From contig NMRA01000286.1 of assembly GCA_002633005.1 (NCBI GenBank), positions 484,503-548,502 on the forward strand: a stretch of 64,000 nt of DNA, written 5' to 3'. The notes below the pieces were generated by a model that saw nothing but the letters and a program-made list of their open reading frames with translations, searched no databases and had not been told where the DNA came from. The position numbers and the translations under genes are program-made. The DNA is from Phoronis australis. Lineage: Eukaryota > Animalia > Phoronida. This document shows positions 63,532 through 64,000 of the stretch, piece by piece. Each line of letters opens with the position of its first letter. The stretch's first letter is position 1.

Positions 63532-64000
63532 ACTGACGTCATCAAGAGTGAAAATAGAATACTTAAATGAGCACACGCAATAATCGCATGCTCAACAAAC
63601 CGCATTGTACTGTACTTATACGCTACGAAAAATAATTAGACACATAATTTCTATAAAAATGATATCTTAATTCAGTGAAATTTTTCTCTCATGTCCTCTT
63701 ACTTGTAAATCACCGATCTCCAGTTTGAATGCGTGTATCGTGTCGTCAGGATCTTTGACTTGAGAATTATATTCAGTTACCAGTGGTAACCTACAGCAGA
63801 CGATAATTTCCCGGTCGAAGCTTAGCTTGAAAAAAACGTGTTTTAAGCTATAATAGTTGGTAAACCTTAATTTATAAATTCAATTTATTTCTATTATATT
63901 CAAGTTTTAGCATTATTTGACTAAAATATCCCGGCTTTTCTCAAAAGGTCACGACCTCCGACCCCGGGCCTCTGACATAGAAAGTGGTTACAAAGCCGTG

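Larger units (their letters stand above)
62627..64000. mobile_element. large foldback element (arms >=560 bp; right arm runs off the window) with a terminal hairpin and central tRNA-like heads
   Basis: 62826-63388 is an inverted match to 63461-64000; local hairpin at 62628-62766. Confidence 0.85.

Overview
AT-rich, intron-containing animal (probably marine invertebrate) genomic DNA with two assembly gaps (9482-10178, 31850-32500). Genes: two tandem minus-strand SLC22/organic-cation-transporter paralogues (copy 2 complete with 9 coding exons, 14275-23602; copy 1 has exons 1-5 and runs off the left edge); a plus-strand single-coding-exon gene of unusual architecture, two N-terminal hydrophobic segments + coiled coil + divergent Ras/Rab-like GTPase (33102-34115); and a minus-strand UCP2/3-like uncoupling protein (39601-43799) with a long C-terminal tail. 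Mobile DNA is abundant: two copies of an L2/CR1-group LINE, one apparently full-length with a 2A/StopGo motif (GDVEENPGP) directly before the APE domain; a Penelope-like relic with an inverted 3' end; a Kolobok-type element with a THAP relic; several MITEs with 5-bp or 8-bp TSDs; a palindrome carrying minimal hammerhead ribozyme motifs; a large foldback with two convergent tRNA-like heads; and an ~850-bp inverted duplicate of UCP intron sequence. All calls were made by eye; no searches were run.
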